In this document: piece by piece, positions 7,449-14,192 of the stretch
Layout: each line of letters opens with the position of its first letter
Position numbering within the stretch: the stretch's first letter is position 1
DNA from: Thermococcus kodakarensis KOD1
GTDB taxonomy: Archaea > Methanobacteriota_B > Thermococci > Thermococcales > Thermococcaceae
Assembly: GCF_000009965.1 (NCBI RefSeq)
Contig: NC_006624.1
Location: 1,800,001-1,832,000, forward strand
Direction: 5' to 3'
DNA: 32,000 nt
Position numbers and translations under genes: made by a program
The notes under the pieces: generated by a model
What the model was told of the DNA's origin: nothing
What the model saw: the letters and a program-made list of their open reading frames with translations, nothing else
Database searches by the model: none

Positions 7449-7768
7449 GGTAGCAGTCCCAACATCCAGAGGTGGGCTTGAAGACAGAGTGCATGAGAGC
7501 CTCGTGAGGGCCGAGACCTTCACTCTGGTGGAGCTTAAGGATGGAGAAGTAAAAAGCGTGGAGATTGTCGAGAACCCCCTACCGAGAGGAGCCCTACGGA
7601 GCTGGTTCTAAGGTGGCCATGTTTCTGGTCAACCTGGGAGTGAACGTACTGCTGACCCCTATGGACTGCCCGAAGGGAAAGGCAATACTTGAGGCGGGGG
7701 GCGTTAAGATAATTAAAGTAAAATCCGGGGAAAATGTCAAAGACGTTCTAAACCTTCTCAAGGATTGA
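7441..7768 (+). pseudogene. NifB/NifX-type (FeMo-cofactor-binding domain family) small protein, split by a +1 frameshift at the C5 run 7575-7579
   Basis: Track ORFs 7408..7611 and 7565..7768 join into one domain (IRVAVPTS...EIVENP|YREEPYGAGSKVAMFL...) if one C is removed. The GTG 7441 start overlaps the CDF stop. Confidence 0.7.
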
Positions 7769-8174
7769 ACACGCTCTCAGCTCCGTTCGTGCTTTCTTCC
7801 TTCTTTTTCGTCAGGGGCTTTGTTATCTCAAAGGCCTTTCTTATGATCCCGTGCTCTATGACGAGCTTCTTAACGTACTCCTTTGGTGGGAACTCTATGG
7901 CGTTACATGGGCAGAGGATTGCACAAGTGTTGCAACCAACCATGCAGTTGTAGGGCCTCGCAACAACGGGCTTTCCCTCTTCGGTGTCCCAGTCGAAGAC
8001 CCTCCGTCCACAGGTTATAAAGCAAAGGCCACAGCGGGCGCAGACGCTGTAGTTTATCTTTGGATACCACTCTATCTCCTTTCTATCAACCCCCCACCAC
8101 GGAATAACGCTTAGGTCCTTAACCTCTCTCCCGAGAGCGTCCCTCCCGATGACGGGAGCCTTAACATCGGCCAT
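7758..8174 (-). CDS. 2x[4Fe-4S] ferredoxin-domain protein (138 aa)
   Basis: CARCGLCFITC and CMVGCNTCAILCPC cluster motifs. GAGGTG lies 6 nt before ATG 8174 (the track start at 8183 is a GTG). Confidence 0.8.
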   Translation of the reverse strand: MADVKAPVIGRDALGREVKDLSVIPWWGVDRKEIEWYPKINYSVCARCGLCFITCGRRVFDWDTEEGKPVVARPYNCMVGCNTCAILCPCNAIEFPPKEYVKKLVIEHGIIRKAFEITKPLTKKKEESTNGAESVFNP

Positions 8175-8233
8175 TTCACCCACCTCAATTTATGCTGAAT
8201 CTTTTTCATTTAAAATATTTTTCATATATCTAG

Positions 8234-8250
8234 GTTATCAACCAAGAGTT
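8234..8250 (+). promoter_or_regulatory. SurR-type box GTTATCAACCAAGAGTT (GTTn3AACn5GTT)
   Basis: Exact extended consensus 60 nt upstream of the ferredoxin-like ATG, directly upstream of its A/T-rich promoter DNA. Confidence 0.55.
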
Positions 8251-8399
8251 TTGGGCAGAAGTGTCCAGAAGCTTTGGATGTAGGCAAATGGAAGCTAGAG
8301 AAAACTCTTAAATAAAATGACGACAAAATAAAAGCAATCCAAACCGCTATGGGCATCCAGTTTTTCTTTTCTGCTCCGGTTTGGAGCGGAGGTGTCGTG

Positions 8400-10982
8400 A
8401 TGAAAAGAACCTACCGTGTTCTGGTTTTTATGTTGCTAGCCGGGTTAGTTCTCATAGGCGGATGCGTGGAGAACGGCCCCGTTTCCACTGGAGGGGGCCA
8501 GACGACCGAAACTGGAACGAGCGTAAGCACTTCCACTGATCATATAGGCGAGACAGACACTGGGACAGCAACCACAACCGAAACTGTTACTGAAACGGTC
8601 ACTCAAACCAATACTGAGACGGGCACGGGGACAGTTACGGAAACGCCGACGCCTAATGGGAGTGTCCAGTTCGACGAGGATGGATTGCCGATATGTACCG
8701 GGGACATGGACGAGGACCTTGGATGCGAGGACAACAAGACCATCGATGGGAGCGGCCCCGGCTTCTCCCTGCCGGAGGATATTCTCCTCAACATAACACT
8801 CGAGCCCGTTCTCCAGCTGGTGCCCCTAAACCCGCCGAACCTCACTTACGTTGGCCCTCTGAGCTCTATGGCAAGCGTTCCGGGCGAGGAGGACGTTATC
8901 GAGTGGGTTGGTCTGGCCACGTCATCAACGGAACCCGGGAAAAGCGTGACTCTAACGCTCCACTTCAAGAACGAGAGCCTCCTTAGTCAGTACATACATG
9001 TACCCTTCATTATGGATCCCGTAACGGGGAAGAAGGTAACGTACCAGCCAACCGTGATGAAGCTGAGCGAGGGAGACGAGTTCGGGAAGCGCTGGGAGGT
9101 CCACCTATACGGCGGGATAAGCGGAGGGAGCTTCACGCTCTACGAGATTACCGGAAACGGCCCTCTAAAGCTCCAGGAGGGGACGGTTGAGCTTAAGGGC
9201 TCCTCTGCGAGCTTCATCCTCGAGAACTTCTCCTCAATCTTTCCGGAGAAGACCTACATGAGCATGGAGGCCGTTCCGATGAGCTCCAAGTTTTCTACCT
9301 TCACCTACCCATCGAAGGAGAGCTTCGTGATAAAGGCCAAAGAGGGCAGGATAGACTACTACACTAGCGCCTTCTTTGGTATAGAGGATGAGCCAGTGAG
9401 CATCAGGACCACGAGCAGCGAGTACGACCTGATTTTTGAGTTCTACGTAACGAAGGACACCTGGCTGTCATTCACAGGGTTTATTGATAGCAGTGACGAC
9501 GGAATGGCCGACTGGATACTTGAAGTTAGAGATAGAAACTACGAGCTGAAAGATGAATCCGGGAGCCTTTTCAGAGATGGAAACGTGACCGTTGAGAACA
9601 CCCAGCTGGGAAAGAAGGTCAGTCTCAGGATAGAGAACTTCTACAGCCTCGTCCCGTGGAGGAAGTTCCGCTTCTGGATGACGAACTGGATCGAGCGCTT
9701 TCCAGCAAAGAGCAACCTCTGGGTTGACGCAAGCGAGGGAATGAGCATCGAGAAGGACGTTGACCTCTACCTGGTGGCTGTTGTGGAGGACGTCTTTGTA
9801 AAGGAGAACGGGGACTATGCGGAGGGGGAAATACAGCTCTCCTCGTGGGCCTACGGAATGACCTGGCCCGATGGAAAGGCCTGGCCGATAAACCACAGCT
9901 CCATCTACACCTTCGGCTATCCAATCGGCCACTGGGTCGAGGCTGAGGACAACAGCAGACTTTTGTATCACGACGATAGGATGACGGGCTCTCTCAACAT
10001 GCCCTTCGTGAACGGCTATCCGATCCTCGCGATGCCCATTGACGAGGCGAAGAAGTACAAGATCATAGTCCTCGAAACAGCGGGCTGGGATAGAGACGAG
10101 CCCGGGAAATACGTCACCAAAACGGTAGGCTACCTAACGGACTTCGCCGTGGGAATGGCCACCGGGGAGATTGGGACGGTGGCGGACTACGCCTACAAAG
10201 GAGCTACATGGATGAACTGGCTGGCGACGGGCCAGAGCGGGGACGAGCTCTGGGGGAGCGTCTTCAACTGGCTTGCTGGAGCGGAACCCGACAAGGTCGG
10301 AAACGCCGTCTACGTGCTCCACCCCAACGAGGCCGACTTCACCAGGGGCTACCGCGTGACCGCAGAATCGAGGGACGGCAACATGCGCGTAACCTACGTC
10401 ATTTACGAGGTGGAGGTGCCGAGGCTTCTCAAGTACGACAACCTCAAGGCGGAGCTCCTAGAGGTGGACTTCACGAAGGACACCGAGATAGGGGACGACG
10501 AGTATTACTACTATGCGAGGGCCTGCGCTGGCTTTGAGAGCCTCGGTGAAACTGAGGGGCTCCACAACGTCGAGGTTAACGTTTTAGCTCCAGCCGGCTA
10601 CGCCTACTCCTATCCGGTGAGCTCAAGCGAGGGAGCGACCTTCAACCGCCAGCCCTGCTCGGCATCAAAGCTCTTCCACAAGTACCTCAGCGGGAACGAG
10701 CTCTCCCTGAAGCCCGGCTTGGCCATGCTGGAGCGCGACGACGCTAGGGTTCCATTCCTCTACATGGAGTACTCAGGCTGGGAAGAAGATGCCGGAAAGT
10801 GGGGCAACGACGACGACCCGATGGGTAACGTTGGGATAACGATAGTCTTCGATGACGACTACTTCGACTGGGACGTTACATCAGGAATCCCGAGCAAGTA
10901 CTGGTCGCTGGACTTTGACGTCTGCGGCGTCTCAGGTGGCTGCTCTAAGGTGTGGTTCGGGCTGGACGTGAGGCGCGAGTGA
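8400..10982 (+). CDS. large secreted, probably lipid-anchored and glycosylated protein (860 aa), function unknown
   Basis: MKRTYRVLVFMLLAGLVLIGGC is a signal peptide with a lipobox-like GGC. A roughly 60-aa Thr/Glu/Gly linker and many N-x-S/T sequons follow. GGAGGTG lies before ATG 8400. No catalytic motif recognised. Confidence 0.8.
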   Translation: MKRTYRVLVFMLLAGLVLIGGCVENGPVSTGGGQTTETGTSVSTSTDHIGETDTGTATTTETVTETVTQTNTETGTGTVTETPTPNGSVQFDEDGLPICTGDMDEDLGCEDNKTIDGSGPGFSLPEDILLNITLEPVLQLVPLNPPNLTYVGPLSSMASVPGEEDVIEWVGLATSSTEPGKSVTLTLHFKNESLLSQYIHVPFIMDPVTGKKVTYQPTVMKLSEGDEFGKRWEVHLYGGISGGSFTLYEITGNGPLKLQEGTVELKGSSASFILENFSSIFPEKTYMSMEAVPMSSKFSTFTYPSKESFVIKAKEGRIDYYTSAFFGIEDEPVSIRTTSSEYDLIFEFYVTKDTWLSFTGFIDSSDDGMADWILEVRDRNYELKDESGSLFRDGNVTVENTQLGKKVSLRIENFYSLVPWRKFRFWMTNWIERFPAKSNLWVDASEGMSIEKDVDLYLVAVVEDVFVKENGDYAEGEIQLSSWAYGMTWPDGKAWPINHSSIYTFGYPIGHWVEAEDNSRLLYHDDRMTGSLNMPFVNGYPILAMPIDEAKKYKIIVLETAGWDRDEPGKYVTKTVGYLTDFAVGMATGEIGTVADYAYKGATWMNWLATGQSGDELWGSVFNWLAGAEPDKVGNAVYVLHPNEADFTRGYRVTAESRDGNMRVTYVIYEVEVPRLLKYDNLKAELLEVDFTKDTEIGDDEYYYYARACAGFESLGETEGLHNVEVNVLAPAGYAYSYPVSSSEGATFNRQPCSASKLFHKYLSGNELSLKPGLAMLERDDARVPFLYMEYSGWEEDAGKWGNDDDPMGNVGITIVFDDDYFDWDVTSGIPSKYWSLDFDVCGVSGGCSKVWFGLDVRRE

Positions 10983-10991
10983 GCGTTTCTC

Positions 10992-10996
10992 TTTTT
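10992..10996 (+). terminator. oligo-T (T5) after the 860-aa gene
   Basis: TTCTCTTTTTCTC starts 4 nt after the stop codon. Confidence 0.45.
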
Positions 10997-11107
10997 CTCA
11001 ATTCTTCCACTTCAAGCGTGCTCCCTAAAATATGAGAGCATCTGTTTTAACATTTAAAAAACTTTTTAAATGAGCGTCATTTCATTTGGCATGACAACAA
11101 AAATGAG

Positions 11108-11851
11108 ATGAGCCTAATGGACTACATAGCAGTCGGCATCATAGCTTTCATCCTGAGCGTCATCTTCTCCATCGGCGGAGTCGGAAGCGCGATAGCAATA
11201 GTCCCGACTATGATGTGGCTCGGAATACCCCTCATGGTTGCGAAGCCCACTGGCCTTTTCATAAACACCCTCTCGATGCTTTCGGCGACGATCAAGAACA
11301 TCAAGCACGGCAAGCTCGACCACCGCTTCGGTCTCCCGATACTGGTTATGGCGACGATTTTTGCTCCCCTCGGGGCCTACTCGGGTAAGTTCATACCCAA
11401 AGAATACGTCCTCTGGATCTTCATAATATTTCTCCTGTACTCTGGCACTATGATGATCTTCTTCAAGCCGAGGCCGAGGGACGGAGATGGGAACCATATC
11501 GTAGAGGGCTCGCTCATCGGAGGCTTGGCAGGGTTCCTCGGCGGACTGCTCGGCGTCGGCGGAGGGGGTATAATAAGCCCGACGCTCATAATGCTCGGCT
11601 ACGAGCCGAAAAAAGTGGCCGCGACAACGGCTCTGGTGGTCTTCTTCTCATCCCTGAGCGGTTTCCTTACTTACTGGGGTATGGGCGCTCTCGACTGGAA
11701 GCTCCTAGGGGTTGTTTCAATCTCCGCTATAACGGGCGGCTGGCTCGGAACACATCTCATGCACTTCAAGATGAGTTCCGAGCAGGTAAAGAAGGTAATC
11801 GGCGTTATTCTCTACCTGATAGCGCTGAAGATGGTTCTCAAGGTTCTCTGA
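11108..11851 (+). CDS. TauE/SafE (DUF81) family anion-exporter-like membrane protein
   Basis: About 8 TM segments with Gly-rich motifs in both halves (SIGGVGSA and GVGGGGIISP), typical of the family. Confidence 0.8.
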   Translation: MSLMDYIAVGIIAFILSVIFSIGGVGSAIAIVPTMMWLGIPLMVAKPTGLFINTLSMLSATIKNIKHGKLDHRFGLPILVMATIFAPLGAYSGKFIPKEYVLWIFIIFLLYSGTMMIFFKPRPRDGDGNHIVEGSLIGGLAGFLGGLLGVGGGGIISPTLIMLGYEPKKVAATTALVVFFSSLSGFLTYWGMGALDWKLLGVVSISAITGGWLGTHLMHFKMSSEQVKKVIGVILYLIALKMVLKVL

Positions 11852-11881
11852 TTATTTTTGATTAGGGAGAAAAATGGAAAA

Positions 11882-12874
11882 TCACGAGGAAAAGTCGTGG
11901 AGAAGCGTTTTAACCCCCGTGACCAGCCACAGGGCCAGAAGGAACCAGTAGAGTGCAAAACCGAAGTCCACCATTGCACCTATCCCGAGGCTCGTCCCAA
12001 CGTTGTAGGTCGCGCTCACGTAGGCCCCAAGGGGGAAGATGAAGCCCCACCAGGCGAGGCTGTAGGGGAGATGCAGGTTTCTGAGGTAGTGGAGCGTCAT
12101 CAGGATAGCCATGATGAGCCACCAGAGTCCGAAGCCCCAGAGGATAAAGGCAAAGCCCTTGAAAGCCTCTCCTGCAACGGGCAGTACCTTAACGAGGTTT
12201 AACAGCGCCACTGCACCCGCTCCAAGCGGTCCGAGGTTTATCCAGACTGCCGGCGCCATCATGGGCGGGAGGAGCTCGTGGGTTATGAAGCGCCTCATCA
12301 CTATGGCGAAGAGGGCCAGATAGAGGAAGAAGCCCGCGCCGAAGCCGAAGTAGTTGAACGCAATAAAAACCTCTCTCCACGTTTGGGACTGCGGGAGGAA
12401 CGGCAGGGCCGTGAGAGGTATCACGATAAGCCCAACCGGCGGTATAAACCACGCTGGCGTTATCGTCTTTACATCTACCCCCTCACCCACGAAAAACAGG
12501 TAGGGTATCAGGAGGGCGAAGACCACGACGAGAATGCTCCCAAGAATCCAGAGCGGGAGGGCTATTTCCCTGTGGCCGACCATTGCGAGGTTTATCGCCA
12601 CTATCGTCATCGCTATCGGCATCGTTCCGTAGAAGTGGCTCGTTACGGGGTGGTAGAGGTCTCTCTTCGCCTCAGAGGGATACTTGATCCACCTCAGCAG
12701 CCAGGGTATTAGGAGAATGAAGAAGACCGCGGCGTTCAAATACACCAGTGCCTTCGAAAACGTGCCAAGCGCTGGAAGCTTCGAGGAGTATGCCTTACTG
12801 ACCAGCGCCAGGGCTCCCGTTCCCATAACGCTCGCAAACCAGCTCGGTGCAAAATCTCTCACGTTTATTCTCAT
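11882..12874 (-). CDS. TDT-family (TehA/Mae1/SLAC1-like) anion transporter or channel
   Basis: N-terminal FAPSWFASVMGTGALA signature and 10 predicted TM segments. AGGTGA lies 6 nt before the ATG. Confidence 0.85.
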   Translation of the reverse strand: MRINVRDFAPSWFASVMGTGALALVSKAYSSKLPALGTFSKALVYLNAAVFFILLIPWLLRWIKYPSEAKRDLYHPVTSHFYGTMPIAMTIVAINLAMVGHREIALPLWILGSILVVVFALLIPYLFFVGEGVDVKTITPAWFIPPVGLIVIPLTALPFLPQSQTWREVFIAFNYFGFGAGFFLYLALFAIVMRRFITHELLPPMMAPAVWINLGPLGAGAVALLNLVKVLPVAGEAFKGFAFILWGFGLWWLIMAILMTLHYLRNLHLPYSLAWWGFIFPLGAYVSATYNVGTSLGIGAMVDFGFALYWFLLALWLVTGVKTLLHDFSS

Positions 12875-12924
12875 TTTTCTTCACCTGAAGAAATCGCCAT
12901 ATTTTTGTTTTTAAGCGTTTTTTG

Positions 12925-12941
12925 AACGTTCAGTTGAGAAC
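12925..12941 (-). promoter_or_regulatory. SurR-type box GTTCTCAACTGAACGTT (GTTn3AACn5GTT), overlapping the perfect palindrome TGAACGTTCA (12923-12932)
   Basis: Exact extended consensus on the minus strand, 51 nt upstream of the TDT-family ATG and directly upstream of GCTTAAAAAC. Confidence 0.55.
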
Positions 12942-13001
12942 CCCTAAATGGCAAAAAGAGCATAGAAAGAATGGAGAGAACGGGAATGAAAATGGAAACA
13001 A

Positions 13002-13391
13002 TCAGTGCTCGCAGTGCCCTCCCTTTTCCTTCTCCCGCTCTATCTTCTCCTTCCAGTGGGGGTCAACCTCAAGAACCTGCTCGATGAAGGCCTTAACTAC
13101 ATCGCCGACCTTTCCGTAGGCGCCGGTTACGACCGTTATTCCAAACTGGTTGAAGTATTCCATCGCCCGTCTTCCCATCCCGTAGACGATGACGACCTCG
13201 GCCCCGTGTTCCTTTATGAAGTTGGGCAAATCACCTGGGCCGTGCTCCTCAAAGGGGACAGGAACCACCTCAACGCCCCTTATCTCGCCGTCCTCCACGT
13301 CCACGAAGGCGAAGTACCTGGCCCTTCCAAAGTGTCCGCTCATCGGACTTTCCAGTCCAAGGTCTTCATCTACAGGAAGCGCGATTCTCAT
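13002..13391 (-). CDS. NifB/NifX-type (FeMo-cofactor-binding domain family) small protein with a His/Cys tail (129 aa)
   Basis: MRIALPVDE...SGHFGRARYFAFVDVEDGEI...GPGDLPNFIKEHGAEVVIVYGMGRRA follows the family pattern. The C-terminus reads GGHCEH. Confidence 0.8.
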   Translation of the reverse strand: MRIALPVDEDLGLESPMSGHFGRARYFAFVDVEDGEIRGVEVVPVPFEEHGPGDLPNFIKEHGAEVVIVYGMGRRAMEYFNQFGITVVTGAYGKVGDVVKAFIEQVLEVDPHWKEKIEREKEKGGHCEH

Positions 13392-13436
13392 GCTATCACC
13401 ACCACAACCATGAATCATTTTTCAAATATAAGCTTT

Positions 13437-13448
13437 GTGCATATGCAC
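13437..13448. promoter_or_regulatory. perfect 12-bp palindrome GTGCATATGCAC abutting the TATA of the NifX-type gene
   Basis: On the minus strand the order is palindrome, AAAGC, TTATATTT, 29 nt, then ATG 13391. Confidence 0.45.
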
Positions 13449-13504
13449 GCCTTTACTCCTTGGACACATCGGTTATAAGAAGATGCCATAGGATCATCTT
13501 AAGC

Positions 13505-13924
13505 TCACGGATCTGCCGGCTTTATTATCTCAACTTCTCCCTTTATCTTCTCCGCCCCGACGGTGTTGAAGACCGTCCCGTACTTCTCGGCCAGCTCCTT
13601 AACGCGCATAATCTTTTTCTCGTCCTCGTTAGTGAAGACGGTGATCTTGTAGGTTATCTCCTTCAGCTGGGGCTCGTCAAGCCCGCGCCAGCCCCTGACC
13701 TCTACCTCAAAGCCCTTCACGTCGAGACGCATCTTCTTGATCAGCCTGCCCCAGTTGACAGTCAGACAGCCACCTATAGCGGCCAAGAGGTATTCCGTCG
13801 GGTTTGGTCCTTTGTTGTGGCCGTCCGTGTTCGTGTCTATGTGAAAGGTAAACTCCCTCACCTTCGCTTCACTTCCGACGTTGCCGTCCCACTTCAGGTG
13901 TGCTGAATACTCAAGGCGCTTCAT
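13505..13924 (-). CDS. OsmC/Ohr-family peroxiredoxin-like protein (139 aa)
   Basis: GPNPTEYLLAAIGGC is the active-site Cys region. I prefer ATG 13924 (MKRLEYSAHLKWDG) because TTTTAAAA (13955-13962) sits about 30 nt upstream. Alternatives are 13954 and 14008. Confidence 0.75.
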   Translation of the reverse strand: MKRLEYSAHLKWDGNVGSEAKVREFTFHIDTNTDGHNKGPNPTEYLLAAIGGCLTVNWGRLIKKMRLDVKGFEVEVRGWRGLDEPQLKEITYKITVFTNEDEKKIMRVKELAEKYGTVFNTVGAEKIKGEVEIIKPADP

Positions 13925-14006
13925 GAAATCACCATTGAAAGTTATCCCCGCCATTTTTAAAACCCAGTACAAACCAAAGGTTAAGAACACTAATTTTCCA
14001 AAAAGC

Positions 14007-14014
14007 ATTTAAAT
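14007..14014. promoter_or_regulatory. palindromic A/T element ATTTAAAT, candidate TATA between OsmC and the ABC importer
   Basis: It lies in the divergent intergenic region. The upstream ATG of the track's OsmC ORF falls inside it. Confidence 0.4.
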
Positions 14015-14097
14015 CGTGTTACTATATTGGGTTTCGGTGACACAATGAAGAACACGCCCGATGATCGTATGGGAATTGTGCTCCAGTACATAGGGAA

Positions 14098-14112
14098 ACT
14101 CCGAGTCGGAGT
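14098..14112. promoter_or_regulatory. perfect 7-1-7 inverted repeat ACTCCGA-G-TCGGAGT in the leader of the iron-complex ABC operon
   Basis: It extends imperfectly to 12-1-12 (14093-14117) and lies 81 nt upstream of the binding-protein ATG. Confidence 0.5.
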
Positions 14113-14192
14113 GTTCCACCCCTTGAAAACTCACCAGTTCTATCCCCGGAAAATCCCAGGGGGGATAACCAAACTCGAATGGAGGGCCTGAA

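Noticed and set aside
7575-7579. Programmed +1 ribosomal frameshifting at CCC-CUA (and at AGG-GGA, 25402-25407)
   Set aside because: This is possible in principle, but two independent single-base homopolymer insertions are explained more simply by sequencing or assembly error or by decay. There is no stimulatory structure or conserved context that I can verify.
8500-8660. Repetitive ACNGAAAC-type sequence that looks like a tandem repeat or CRISPR-like array
   Set aside because: It is in-frame coding for a Thr/Glu/Gly-rich linker (TETGT, TETVT). The units are short, irregular and lack spacers.
8603-10537. Several internal or antisense ORFs within the 860-aa gene (80, 97, 167, 99, 62 and 109 aa)
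   Set aside because: All are contained in the long, uninterrupted, well-initiated frame. Their Arg/Pro/Gly-rich sequences are typical of off-frame GC-rich codons.
11114-12712. Antisense ORFs across the TauE and TehA-like genes (127, 114, 144 aa and others)
   Set aside because: The opposite strands encode coherent multi-TM proteins with family signatures. These ORFs are highly charged with low complexity.
14031-14192. Cobalamin or other known riboswitch in the ABC importer leader
   Set aside because: I could not find a B12-box-like element or any known aptamer core. The central repeat has a 1-nt centre and looks more like a DNA operator. It is kept only as an unexplained structured leader.
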